In this document: piece by piece, positions 19,360 to 27,942 of the stretch
Numbering within the stretch: position 1 is the first letter of the stretch
Layout: each line of letters begins with the position of its first letter
Origin: Gemmatimonadota bacterium
GTDB lineage: Bacteria; Gemmatimonadota; Gemmatimonadetes; Gemmatimonadales; GWC2-71-9
Direction: 5' to 3'
DNA: 64,000 bases
NCBI GenBank assembly: GCA_039588295.1
Contig: JBDHAB010000009.1
Location: 22,603 to 86,602 of the forward strand
Program-made: the position numbers and the translations under genes
Notes under the pieces: model-generated
The model's input: only the letters and a program-made list of their open reading frames with translations
Database searches by the model: none
What the model was told of the DNA's origin: nothing

Positions 19360-20610
19360 GTGGCAAATTTTCGATTCCGCTGTTCCGAGTGTGGTGCGTC
19401 GTACGAGGAGCGCGACGTGCAGCTCGTCTGCCCGGTGTGCACGCGTCATCAACTCCCCGGCGGATTCACGCGAGGTGTGCTGGAGGTCGTGTTGGATTGT
19501 CTGCCGGTCGAATGGCCGGCGGCCCCGTGCTGGTCCGACCCGTTTCTCACCGCTTTTCTTCCGATACCCGACGCCAGGTTCGTGCCGCCGTTGCGTGTCG
19601 GCGGCACGCCGCTTCTCGAAGTGCCGGTCCTGCGCGAGCGCTTGCGAATGCCCCGTCTGTCGATCAAGGACGACACGCGAAATCCGAGCGGCTCGACGAA
19701 AGACCGCGCGTCCATGTTGGTGGTGTCCAAGGCGCGGGAATACGGCCGGGACACGGTGGCCGCCGCATCGACGGGCAATGCGGCGACCGCACTTGCGGCC
19801 GTGGCTGCCGCTACGGGCCTTCGAGCCGTGGTGTTTGTACCGCACACTGCACCGGAAGCAAAGCTGATTCAGATGTTGAGCTACGGGGCCACTGTGTTCC
19901 GGGTGGATGGGAGCTACGACGATGCCTTTGAACTGTGCCTGAAAGCCTGCGATCGGTTTGGGTGGTACAACCGCAACACGGCGCTCAATCCGTTTACGAT
20001 CGAGGGGAAGAAGACCGCGGCACTCGAGATCGCTGCCGACCTGGCGCCGGCACAGCCCGACGTCGTCGTGGTCCCGACCGGCGACGGGGCGATCTTGGCT
20101 GGCGTCGCCAAGGGGTTTGCCGACCTTGCCGCCAGCGGCCTCCTCCAGCGACTGCCGCGCCTCGTGGCGGTGCAGCCCGAGGGATCGGCGGGAATCGCCA
20201 ATGCGTTGCGCGACGGCAGCGGGACGGTCACGCCGGTCACCGACGCCCACAGTGTCGCCGACAGTCTCACCGTTCAAACGCCGCGCAATGCCTTGCTCTG
20301 CCTGCGTGCGGTGCGCCGTTCGGGGGGGTGCGGCGTTACGGTGAGCGACGAACGGATCATCCAGGCGATCGGCGAGTTGGCGCAGCGCACCGGTGTCTTT
20401 GCGGAACCCGCCGGTGCGGCGGCGCTGGCCGGGCTCGAGGCTGCGCTCGACCAACGACTGCTGGACCGCGACGAACGTGTTGTGCTGCTCGTGACCGGAT
20501 CCGGCCTCAAGGATGTGGCCAGTGCTGTACGCAGCGTTCAAACGCCTACACCGATACCGGCGTCGATCGACGCCGTCGCCGAACGGTTACACGGGAGCAA
20601 TCCCGAGTAG
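19360..20610 (+). CDS. Threonine-synthase-like PLP enzyme with N-terminal Zn-ribbon
   Basis: CSECG...CPVC, GGTPL, NPSGSTKDR, ASTGN, EGKKT, PTGDG and TGSGLKD. Confidence 0.88.
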   Translation: MANFRFRCSECGASYEERDVQLVCPVCTRHQLPGGFTRGVLEVVLDCLPVEWPAAPCWSDPFLTAFLPIPDARFVPPLRVGGTPLLEVPVLRERLRMPRLSIKDDTRNPSGSTKDRASMLVVSKAREYGRDTVAAASTGNAATALAAVAAATGLRAVVFVPHTAPEAKLIQMLSYGATVFRVDGSYDDAFELCLKACDRFGWYNRNTALNPFTIEGKKTAALEIAADLAPAQPDVVVVPTGDGAILAGVAKGFADLAASGLLQRLPRLVAVQPEGSAGIANALRDGSGTVTPVTDAHSVADSLTVQTPRNALLCLRAVRRSGGCGVTVSDERIIQAIGELAQRTGVFAEPAGAAALAGLEAALDQRLLDRDERVVLLVTGSGLKDVASAVRSVQTPTPIPASIDAVAERLHGSNPE

Positions 20611-20648
20611 CCAAGCTCGGAGTGCGTTCACTTCCCTCGGTATCTGGT

Positions 20649-21434
20649 CTAGGGCTGTAGCAGGCGACGCAACACGTTTTGCGTGACGCGCCGACGGTAC
20701 GCTGCCGTCGAGCGAACGTCATCGATGGGTCGGATGTCGTCGACGACCGCGTCGACGGCGCCATCGACGTCGCCCCGGTCCAGTGCCGCCTCGGCGCTTG
20801 GGGCGCGCAGTGGTACCTCGGCGACGGACCCGATGGCAACGCGCGCGGGCTCCAGGCACACGGCCATCACCACTTTGGAGATTGCCTGCGCCTGGCGTGT
20901 GCCGATCTTGCGGAAGCGAATCGCACGCCCGTCCCGCGGGAAACGGACCCTGACGAGCAGTTCGTCGGACCGGAGCGCCGTCTTTCGATACCCCACGAAG
21001 TACTCGGATGCCGAAATCGACCGGCGACTCGTGACGATCGTGGCGTCGGCCGCAAGCATGACCGGGAGGGTATCACCGGCAGGGGATGCGGTCCCCAGGT
21101 TACCGCCCAGCGTGCCGCGGTTCTGGATCTGGGCTGCGCCGATCGTGCGTGACACCTCGGCAAGAGCCGGAAGGTGGCGCTGGACGAGATCCGACTCGAT
21201 GATCCCCGTGTATGGTTCCGCGGCCCCGATCTCGATGGCGCCGTCGACCTCGCGAATGCCCTTGAGCTCCCCGAGCGACCAGATGTCCAGCAGGGCGGCT
21301 GGCCGAATCTGACGGCTGTGAAGCAGCACCATCAGGTCGGTGCCGCCCGCCAGAGGCCGGCAGTCAGCCGTCGTGGCGAGGAGGTCGAGCGCCTCCGATA
21401 ATGAGCGCGGCTTCAAGAAGGTCGGGTAGGGCAC
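20649..21434 (-). CDS. Molybdenum hydroxylase FAD-binding subunit (XdhB/CoxM family)
   Basis: AGGTDL, QIQNRGTLGGN, ASPAGD and PIDDVRSTAAYR. GTG start at 21434. Confidence 0.9.
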   Translation of the reverse strand: MPYPTFLKPRSLSEALDLLATTADCRPLAGGTDLMVLLHSRQIRPAALLDIWSLGELKGIREVDGAIEIGAAEPYTGIIESDLVQRHLPALAEVSRTIGAAQIQNRGTLGGNLGTASPAGDTLPVMLAADATIVTSRRSISASEYFVGYRKTALRSDELLVRVRFPRDGRAIRFRKIGTRQAQAISKVVMAVCLEPARVAIGSVAEVPLRAPSAEAALDRGDVDGAVDAVVDDIRPIDDVRSTAAYRRRVTQNVLRRLLQP

Positions 21435-21871
21435 GCGAGAATCGCTTCGATGATCTTGGTGTAACCGGTGCAGCGGCACAGGTTGCCGGCGATGGCCGTC
21501 TGCGCCTCTTCATAGGTCGGAGTAGGATTGCGCTGCAGCAGGGCGTGGGCCGAGAGCAACATTCCCGGAGTACAGATTCCACACTGCGCTGCTCCACGTT
21601 CCAGGAACGTGTGCTGAAGCGGCGCGAGCTTGCCATTCCGTTCGAGACCCTCAACCGTGAGCACCCGGCAGCCCTCGACCTGACCGACCGACACCAGGCA
21701 ACTGTTCACCACTTCGCCGTCGATCAAGACCGAGCAGGCTCCGCACTCTCCTTCGCCGCAACCCTCTTTGGTCCCGGTCATCCCCAACTCTTCCCGGAGC
21801 ACGTCCAGCAATCTCCGCGCGCCCGGCGCGTCGACCGACACCGCGTGGTCGTTCACGGTAAACGAAATCAT
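21413..21871 (-). CDS. Molybdenum hydroxylase [2Fe-2S] subunit (XdhC/CoxS family)
   Basis: GTKEGCGEGECGAC, QCGICTPG and GNLCRCTGY. ATGA overlap with the large subunit. Confidence 0.92.
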   Translation of the reverse strand: MISFTVNDHAVSVDAPGARRLLDVLREELGMTGTKEGCGEGECGACSVLIDGEVVNSCLVSVGQVEGCRVLTVEGLERNGKLAPLQHTFLERGAAQCGICTPGMLLSAHALLQRNPTPTYEEAQTAIAGNLCRCTGYTKIIEAILACPTRPS

Positions 21872-23994
21872 GAACTCATTGCCGTAAGGAGCTTCTCGGG
21901 TGTGGCGGGCACTTCGTCCAGCCAAACCCCAGTGGCATCGTGAATCGCGGCCACGACGGCCGGCGCGGGGCCGTCCATCGGGATTTCTCCAATGCCTTTG
22001 GCGCCAAACGGACCGCCCGAGTACGGGTTCTCCACCAGGACCGTCTTGATGCGGGGCGCATCCAACGCGGTCGGGATGATATAGGTGGCGAGTCGGTCGT
22101 TCACGTACCCGCCGTCCGCCATCTTCATCTCCTCGATGGTTGCGTACCCAACAGCCTGGAGGACGCCGCCTTCGACCTGGCCCTCCGCCAGGATGGGGTG
22201 GAGGGCTCTGCCCGGGTCGAGGGCCGCGACGAGGTTCGTGACCCGCACCTCCCCGGTATCGCGGTCCACCTCCACGTCGACGACGACGCATGCATAGGCG
22301 AACACGGGATACGCGTCCCCGCGGTACCGCTCATCGTCCCAGCGTATCGTCGACGGTTGCACATAGGTTTTGTCGACCCGAATCGGCGGTTGCTCGGTGG
22401 CCATCCGTTCCCGAACCTCGCGCGCCGCCTCGGCCACGAGTCCCCCGACGACCATGGCGGTGCGCGATGCAACCGTGGGCCCACTATTCGGCACGACCGA
22501 CGTGTCCTGGGGCACGATCGTGACGTCCTCGTATGGCACCTCCAGGGCATCCGCGGCGATTTGCGCGAGGATCGTGTTAGCTCCCTGTCCCATCTCGGTC
22601 TGCGCAGTGAGTACTCGGAACTCTCCGTCCCGACTGCACTCGACGGTAACCTGGCTCGCGAGCTTCTTCTCACCACTCCCCGTGAACCCGGATCCGTGAT
22701 AGACGAGGGAGACTCCTCGGCCGTGCAGTACCGAGGGGCTGGATGGCACAACGACGGGGGAGGCGTTTTTCAATGCCGCGTCCAACACGAGCTCGGTCCC
22801 GACGCTCTCGTTGAGCTGCTGACCGGTCGCGGTCGTATCGCCGACCCGAAACATCCATTTGCGCCGGAGATCGATACTCGGCACGCCGAGGACTTCGCTG
22901 ACGTGTTCGACCATGAGTTCAGCGCCGAACTCGGATTGGGGTGCACCGAACCCTCGAAACGCGCCGTTGGGGGGTGTATTGGTGGCCATGGCCGTGGCGC
23001 GAATCCGGACGTTGGGGCACGCGTAGGGCCCTGCCGCGTGGATGGCGCCGCGCGACAGCACGACCGGGCTGAGCGTGCAGTACGCCCCGCCATCCAGCAC
23101 GAACTCGATGTCCTGCGCGAGTAACGATCCGTCTCCACCGACGCCGGTACGGTGCCGAATCGTACCCGGGTGCCGTTTGGTCGTGGCCGCAATGTCCTCG
23201 TGCCGGTCGTAAATCAGCCGCACCGGACGGCTTGCCTTGACGGCGAGGAGCGCGGCATGGATCGCCACGAGCGACGGGTACTCCTCTTTGCCACCGAAGG
23301 CCCCGCCAACCTCGGCCGGAATGACGACGACCTGCTCATCGGACACGCCGAGCGTTCGCACGACGGCCTTGTGCACGTAGTACGGGCACTGCAGCGATCC
23401 GTAGATGGTCACGCCGCCATCGTCCATGGGCACGGCGATCGCACCCTGTGGCTCAATGTAGAGTTGCTCCTGGTGACCGACCCGAAACGTGCGTTCGACA
23501 ACGATCTCTGCGTCGCCAAGCGCTTTGTCCACGTCCCCCTTGACGATGGCGATACGGGCCAGTTCCTCGCTCGCGTCGTGGAGGTGGAGAACGGGATCCA
23601 TCCGCTCAAACTCGATGCGGATGTGCTCCGCAGCGGCTTCGAGTAAGTCCCGATCGGGTGCCGCAACGAGCACGATGGGCTCTTCGCGATGGCGGATCTC
23701 CCGCTCCGCCAGAGCCGGCTGATCGTCGCGGATGAGTTGCACGACGTTCTCACCGGGTATGTCGGCAGCGGTGACGACCACTACCTGGTCCCAGGTGAAG
23801 GCGGGGTCGAACGCGATGGTGCGAATCAGGCCGCGGGGAATGGTGGATCGAATGGTTCTCCCGTGCCACGCGTCCGGAAGGGCGAGGTCGTCGGTGTAAC
23901 GTGCTCGACCGGTGACCTTCAGGCGTCCCTCGCGACGCGGCACGGATCGGCCGACGCTTCCTGCGGGAGTCTGCGATGGGAATGGGACTGCCAT
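21868..23994 (-). CDS. Xanthine dehydrogenase-family Mo-cofactor-binding large subunit
   Basis: KVTGRARYTDD, GGAFGGKE, TTKRHP, AFRGFG, EMGQG, TVASR and GAKGIGE. Confidence 0.92.
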   Translation of the reverse strand: MAVPFPSQTPAGSVGRSVPRREGRLKVTGRARYTDDLALPDAWHGRTIRSTIPRGLIRTIAFDPAFTWDQVVVVTAADIPGENVVQLIRDDQPALAEREIRHREEPIVLVAAPDRDLLEAAAEHIRIEFERMDPVLHLHDASEELARIAIVKGDVDKALGDAEIVVERTFRVGHQEQLYIEPQGAIAVPMDDGGVTIYGSLQCPYYVHKAVVRTLGVSDEQVVVIPAEVGGAFGGKEEYPSLVAIHAALLAVKASRPVRLIYDRHEDIAATTKRHPGTIRHRTGVGGDGSLLAQDIEFVLDGGAYCTLSPVVLSRGAIHAAGPYACPNVRIRATAMATNTPPNGAFRGFGAPQSEFGAELMVEHVSEVLGVPSIDLRRKWMFRVGDTTATGQQLNESVGTELVLDAALKNASPVVVPSSPSVLHGRGVSLVYHGSGFTGSGEKKLASQVTVECSRDGEFRVLTAQTEMGQGANTILAQIAADALEVPYEDVTIVPQDTSVVPNSGPTVASRTAMVVGGLVAEAAREVRERMATEQPPIRVDKTYVQPSTIRWDDERYRGDAYPVFAYACVVVDVEVDRDTGEVRVTNLVAALDPGRALHPILAEGQVEGGVLQAVGYATIEEMKMADGGYVNDRLATYIIPTALDAPRIKTVLVENPYSGGPFGAKGIGEIPMDGPAPAVVAAIHDATGVWLDEVPATPEKLLTAMSS

Positions 23995-24138
23995 AGACGA
24001 CGATACGGCGCGCGACGGCTCGTTGACAACCCCTCGCGCCCGCGTCTCGGTAGGTCGACCTCGGTGGCCACCCGCTCATCCGGACTGGTGTTAGCTGTGT
24101 CACAGTCCGGCCCCCGATCCCGTGGCTACCGTTGCCGC

Positions 24139-25131
24139 ATGCCAAAACGCCGTCTTCATCGCCGCGCGGTGCTCGGTGTGGCCCTGATCGGGCTCCTTGC
24201 CGGATGCACCGCACCGGAGCCGCCCGACGTGGTCTGGGTGACGGTTCCCAGCGCCCCCGTGGAAGCGGTGGCCGAGTCGCTGGCCGCGTATGAGATCGTC
24301 GGATCGGCGAAAGCATTCGCCCGGTTCGCACGGATGGGGCGCAAGCATCTTGGAATCAAGGAGGGGACCTACCCACTGACACCGGGCACACCCATGGGCG
24401 CAGTCCTCGTTGTCCTCCGCAAGGGCCGGCCTCTGGCGAGGCGCCTGGCCGTCTCGCCGGGAATCTGGCTTACCGAGCTTGCCGTGGAGGTCGAGCAGAC
24501 CCTCGGAATCCCGGCTGACCGTGTCCGGGCAGTTGCTGGTGATTCAGGTCTCCGATCTCGAGCGCGCACGCGCGGGGAGACCCTCGAGGGGTACCTGTAT
24601 CCGACCGTGTACTACGTGCCGGTCGGTGCGAGCGCGCACGACCTCGTGCGGCAGATGGTGGACACGTTTGAGGCGCGGTGGAGCCCCGACTGGGATGCTC
24701 GGCTGGACACGATGGGTCTCAGTCGAGATGAGCTGGTGACGCTCGCGTCGATCATCGAAGGAGAAGACCCGCACGATGCCGATCGGCTGCACGTTTCCTC
24801 GGTGTACCACAACCGACTCGCCGAGGGACAGAGACTCCAGGCCGATCCGACCGTTGTGTACGCACTCGGACAGCGCCGCCGGCTGCGATTCGCGGACTAT
24901 GGGACGAGGTCGGACTACAACACGTATCGCATCGGGGGCCTGCCGCCTACTCCGATCGGTCAACCCAGTGGTGCGAGCTTGGAGGCGGCGCTCTACCCGG
25001 CGGCAACCGAGTTCCGCTACTTCGTTGCCCGCCCGGACGGCCGGCATGTCTTCACGCGCTCCTACCGCGAACATCTCAGCGCCATCCGCGGGGCGCGGCG
25101 CCCGATGCCGTCTCAGAACTCATCGCGGTGA
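24139..25131 (+). CDS. mltG: Endolytic transglycosylase MltG (YceG family)
   Basis: LEGYLYP, TLASIIEGE, SVYHNRL, LQADPT, YNTY and GLPPTPI. The N-terminus has a lipobox-like LAGC. Confidence 0.88.
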   Translation: MPKRRLHRRAVLGVALIGLLAGCTAPEPPDVVWVTVPSAPVEAVAESLAAYEIVGSAKAFARFARMGRKHLGIKEGTYPLTPGTPMGAVLVVLRKGRPLARRLAVSPGIWLTELAVEVEQTLGIPADRVRAVAGDSGLRSRARTRGETLEGYLYPTVYYVPVGASAHDLVRQMVDTFEARWSPDWDARLDTMGLSRDELVTLASIIEGEDPHDADRLHVSSVYHNRLAEGQRLQADPTVVYALGQRRRLRFADYGTRSDYNTYRIGGLPPTPIGQPSGASLEAALYPAATEFRYFVARPDGRHVFTRSYREHLSAIRGARRPMPSQNSSR

Positions 25132-25438
25132 TGGCACATTGCTCCAGGGCCCAACCCGCGGGAGACGAGGCCCCTGGGTGCCTCCGTCCCGCTTAGAGGT
25201 TGCATGAAGCCCCGCGGCTCAAGTGGCGGTCGTTCAGGTGGTTAGTGATCACCGACGGTGTTCGCAGCCGAAGAAACACCGTCAACCGCACCGGTGCGGT
25301 TGTGACGTAGATCATCGTTGCGGGCGGCTCCCGACCCCAGGGTAGGTGCATCCCAAGCAGGTATGACGAGCGCCGTGAGCGGACTGCGTCCGTTCCGGCA
25401 TTTGTGTTGTTTCCGTGATCCAACGAGGAGTGGACTCT

Positions 25439-26701
25439 ATGCAACTCGTCCAGGCCTTTGTTCCAGAGGAGTGGCGCGGAGCCGTCGACGCACTCTCCGT
25501 TCCGGTGTCCTGGATTCCAGGCTGGCACGCCGCGATGGTGAACTTCACCTGGTATGGCGATTCGACACTCGAAGTCCTGTTCAAACGGGTCGTCGTGCTC
25601 ATGCCGATGTTCTTGTTACTGATCGGGGTGTGGGTCACCATGGTATCGCTCTATACGATTCCGTTCCGGTCCAATCGCGGTCGATTCGCCACGGCCATGC
25701 TCACCTCTTGGTGGGATGCCGGGCGTACCGCATGGTTCTACTGGGCGGGACTCGTGCGACTCATGATCGTGCTGGTCGGGTGGGCGTGGGGATTGCTGCG
25801 ACTGGTCCTGAGCTTCGGTGTCGCGGCAGTCAAAGGCGCCTTCCAGTCGCCGCTGCGGCTCCTGGATTGGACGTCGCGTAACTACTTCAAACCGGGCGTT
25901 CCCTGGCTCGCGTTTCTCGCCCTGCTTCTCTGGTCGGCGGTGGAAGCGCTCGTGTTCATGTACACGCTGCAACCGACGCTGACCGAAGTGTTGGCGGGGA
26001 TTACCGGGTTTGAGCCTGACCCCAGGTTGCTGGCCCCGCTCCTGTGGATCTTCTTGTTCTTCCTGGTGCTCGGGAGTTTTGCGTGTATCCATGCGCTCGC
26101 CGCGGCGGTCCGCGCGAAGGACATCCCCCAGATCATCCAGATGTCCGCGGTCGAGCTGTTTGTGATGTTCTTTGAGGTCATCTTCCTGTACCGCGAGCTG
26201 ATCGACGCGATCACGCCGTGGATTGCGCAGACGACGAGCGAGCAGGTGCGACTCGGGTTGTTCTCGACGCTCGCCCTCGCCTCGTTCGGATGGGTGGGCG
26301 TCCGCGGGATGACCTGGTTCCTGTTCGGACGGTACGGAACGCCTGCTCTTGTTGCAGTCCTGGCTCGCGAAACCATCAGACAAGAGACGGCAACGGCTCA
26401 GGTGTTGACACCGCAACCGGATCTGTGGAAGGCTCCCATCGCGGCGCTGAAGGCGGAGACCGAGTGGTTCCAACGCGAGGCACGCAGAGTGTTCGAGCTC
26501 GTGTCGCTGCCCGTGTTACAACTCTTCGCCGCCGCCGTCAACTTCGCGGTCGTTGCAATTGGATCGCGTCCGATGTTTACGCTTCCGTTCAGGAGTCTTG
26601 ACGAAGTATTGGCGAGGACCCCCAAGCTCTCTGGTGGGAAGAACGCCGTCTCCGTGCGTCAACCGCGCTCCGAACCGGCGCCAGAGTTGGGAGGCATGTG
26701 A
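25439..26701 (+). CDS. Uncharacterised polytopic membrane protein (about 7-8 TM)
   Basis: GAGGAG RBS and a 420-aa ORF with many hydrophobic helices. No recognisable family motif. Confidence 0.8.
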   Translation: MQLVQAFVPEEWRGAVDALSVPVSWIPGWHAAMVNFTWYGDSTLEVLFKRVVVLMPMFLLLIGVWVTMVSLYTIPFRSNRGRFATAMLTSWWDAGRTAWFYWAGLVRLMIVLVGWAWGLLRLVLSFGVAAVKGAFQSPLRLLDWTSRNYFKPGVPWLAFLALLLWSAVEALVFMYTLQPTLTEVLAGITGFEPDPRLLAPLLWIFLFFLVLGSFACIHALAAAVRAKDIPQIIQMSAVELFVMFFEVIFLYRELIDAITPWIAQTTSEQVRLGLFSTLALASFGWVGVRGMTWFLFGRYGTPALVAVLARETIRQETATAQVLTPQPDLWKAPIAALKAETEWFQREARRVFELVSLPVLQLFAAAVNFAVVAIGSRPMFTLPFRSLDEVLARTPKLSGGKNAVSVRQPRSEPAPELGGM

Positions 26702-27456
26702 TGCGGCCGATGAACCTCGCACTGCTGATGGGCCTCGTCGTCTGCGCCTCCTGCGCCCCGGCCGACGGCGCGCGGCAGGCCCGTTCGACATTGGTAATCG
26801 GAATCGACGTGAGCGGCTCGTTTCGTGCCACGGGCAACTACGACGACGCGATCGACTTCGCCGCCCATTATCTGTATGGCCACTTGAACGGAATGGGTGA
26901 GTTGCGGGTGCCGTCGGCCGTCTTTGTCGGTTCCGTGGGTGGAGCGCGGGTTGGCGAGCCGAAGTCGTTCCAGCCGATTCACGCGTTTCAGGGGAAGGGC
27001 GTGGACGAAATCCGGGCGCAGCTCCGGGACTATTTCCCGCCCGAGGATGCGTTCACCGACTTCAACGCCTTCTTTGACCGCGTAGCGACCCTGGTCAAGC
27101 GTCAGCGACTCGTGCTCGCGCCGCTCGATGTCGTAATTCTCAGCGACGGGATTCCCGACCACACCGGCCGAAGCTCCACGGAGACAACCAGCGCGTACGC
27201 CAAGATCGACTTGGAGGTGCTGGAGTTTCTCTCGCGCAGCGTGACGGTCCGTCTGCTGTATGGTTCGCCCACCGCGTCCGTGGCGTGGGAGCGAGACGTC
27301 GAGCGGCAGCGAGTGCGCATGTGGACCGTGGACGAACAGGTCATGGACGGCTGGAAGGAGCAGGCCGCCCCGGGATTGGAGACCGCCGAGCACCACGAGC
27401 TGTGGTCCTGGATTCGCGACAACGTGGACTTCCGGGTACGGAGCCGACGACTCTGA
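26698..27456 (+). CDS. vWA-domain lipoprotein
   Basis: Lipoprotein-like signal (CASC), MIDAS DVSGS, TDF and LSDG. Overlaps the upstream stop (GTGA). Confidence 0.8.
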   Translation: MMRPMNLALLMGLVVCASCAPADGARQARSTLVIGIDVSGSFRATGNYDDAIDFAAHYLYGHLNGMGELRVPSAVFVGSVGGARVGEPKSFQPIHAFQGKGVDEIRAQLRDYFPPEDAFTDFNAFFDRVATLVKRQRLVLAPLDVVILSDGIPDHTGRSSTETTSAYAKIDLEVLEFLSRSVTVRLLYGSPTASVAWERDVERQRVRMWTVDEQVMDGWKEQAAPGLETAEHHELWSWIRDNVDFRVRSRRL

Positions 27457-27490
27457 GTCTCGACGCCGGCCAACCGTGTGAGGCGCCTGC

Positions 27491-27817
27491 GTGAAACGCA
27501 TCATCAGGTGGCTGATTCTGATTGCGTTCTTCGGCATCGTGGCAGGGACCGGCTCGTACGCCGGCGCACGGTTCACTGCCGGGAAGTTGCTGGGTCCTCG
27601 GCCACCGGTCGAAGGGCGAACCAGTACGTTTGCGTACCGGGGTGTCGATAACCTGCGCGGGAACCCGCGTGCGTGGGTCTTCACGTATTCCCGAGTCCGG
27701 CTCCCGGGAGTCTCCCGCGCGCAGATTGTCGTCTCGCCCACCGGGAAGCTGTTGGCGAGTCTCCCTCCGGATCTCGAGGAGCGAATCGCAGCGTACCGAC
27801 GCTCGCTCGAGCCGTAA
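27491..27817 (+). CDS. Small membrane-anchored hypothetical protein
   Basis: 108 aa with a basic N-terminus and TM helix; 34 bp after the vWA gene and followed by a terminator. Confidence 0.7.
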   Translation: MKRIIRWLILIAFFGIVAGTGSYAGARFTAGKLLGPRPPVEGRTSTFAYRGVDNLRGNPRAWVFTYSRVRLPGVSRAQIVVSPTGKLLASLPPDLEERIAAYRRSLEP

Positions 27818-27839
27818 TCGACCGGAGCCCCAAACGAGC

Positions 27840-27877
27840 AAGGCCCCGCAGCCCGGGTGACCGGGCCGCGGGGCCTT
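27840..27877. terminator. GC-rich hairpin between convergent genes
   Basis: AAGGCCCCGC-A-GCCCGG/GTGA/CCGGGC-C-GCGGGGCCTT. Confidence 0.65.
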
Positions 27878-27942
27878 CGTTCTGAGCGGTCCGTATGGTG
27901 GCGGGGCGGGTGAGAGTCGTTCCGCCGCCGCACGACCCTCGA

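Noticed and set aside
9386..20610. Selenocysteine (in-frame TGA) recoding in the selenium-associated cluster
   Set aside because: All ORFs are full length without internal TGA. Terminal TGAs overlap or abut the next start. Selenium in this enzyme class is a labile cofactor rather than Sec.
19360..20610. Assigning gene symbol thrC (and argF to 18363-19337)
   Set aside because: The families match, but the catabolic context and motif differences make biosynthetic orthology doubtful.
21868..23994. Aerobic CO dehydrogenase (coxL)
   Set aside because: The active-site loop reads AFRGFG, not the form I CoxL AYRCSFR.
23689..24138. 150-aa N-terminal extension of MltG given by the ORF track
   Set aside because: It overlaps the divergent Mo-subunit gene. 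The signal/lipobox sequence begins at ATG 24139.
25132..25143. Sigma-54 promoter (TGGCAC...TTGC)
   Set aside because: The spacing between TGGCAC and TTGC is 1 nt instead of the required 5.
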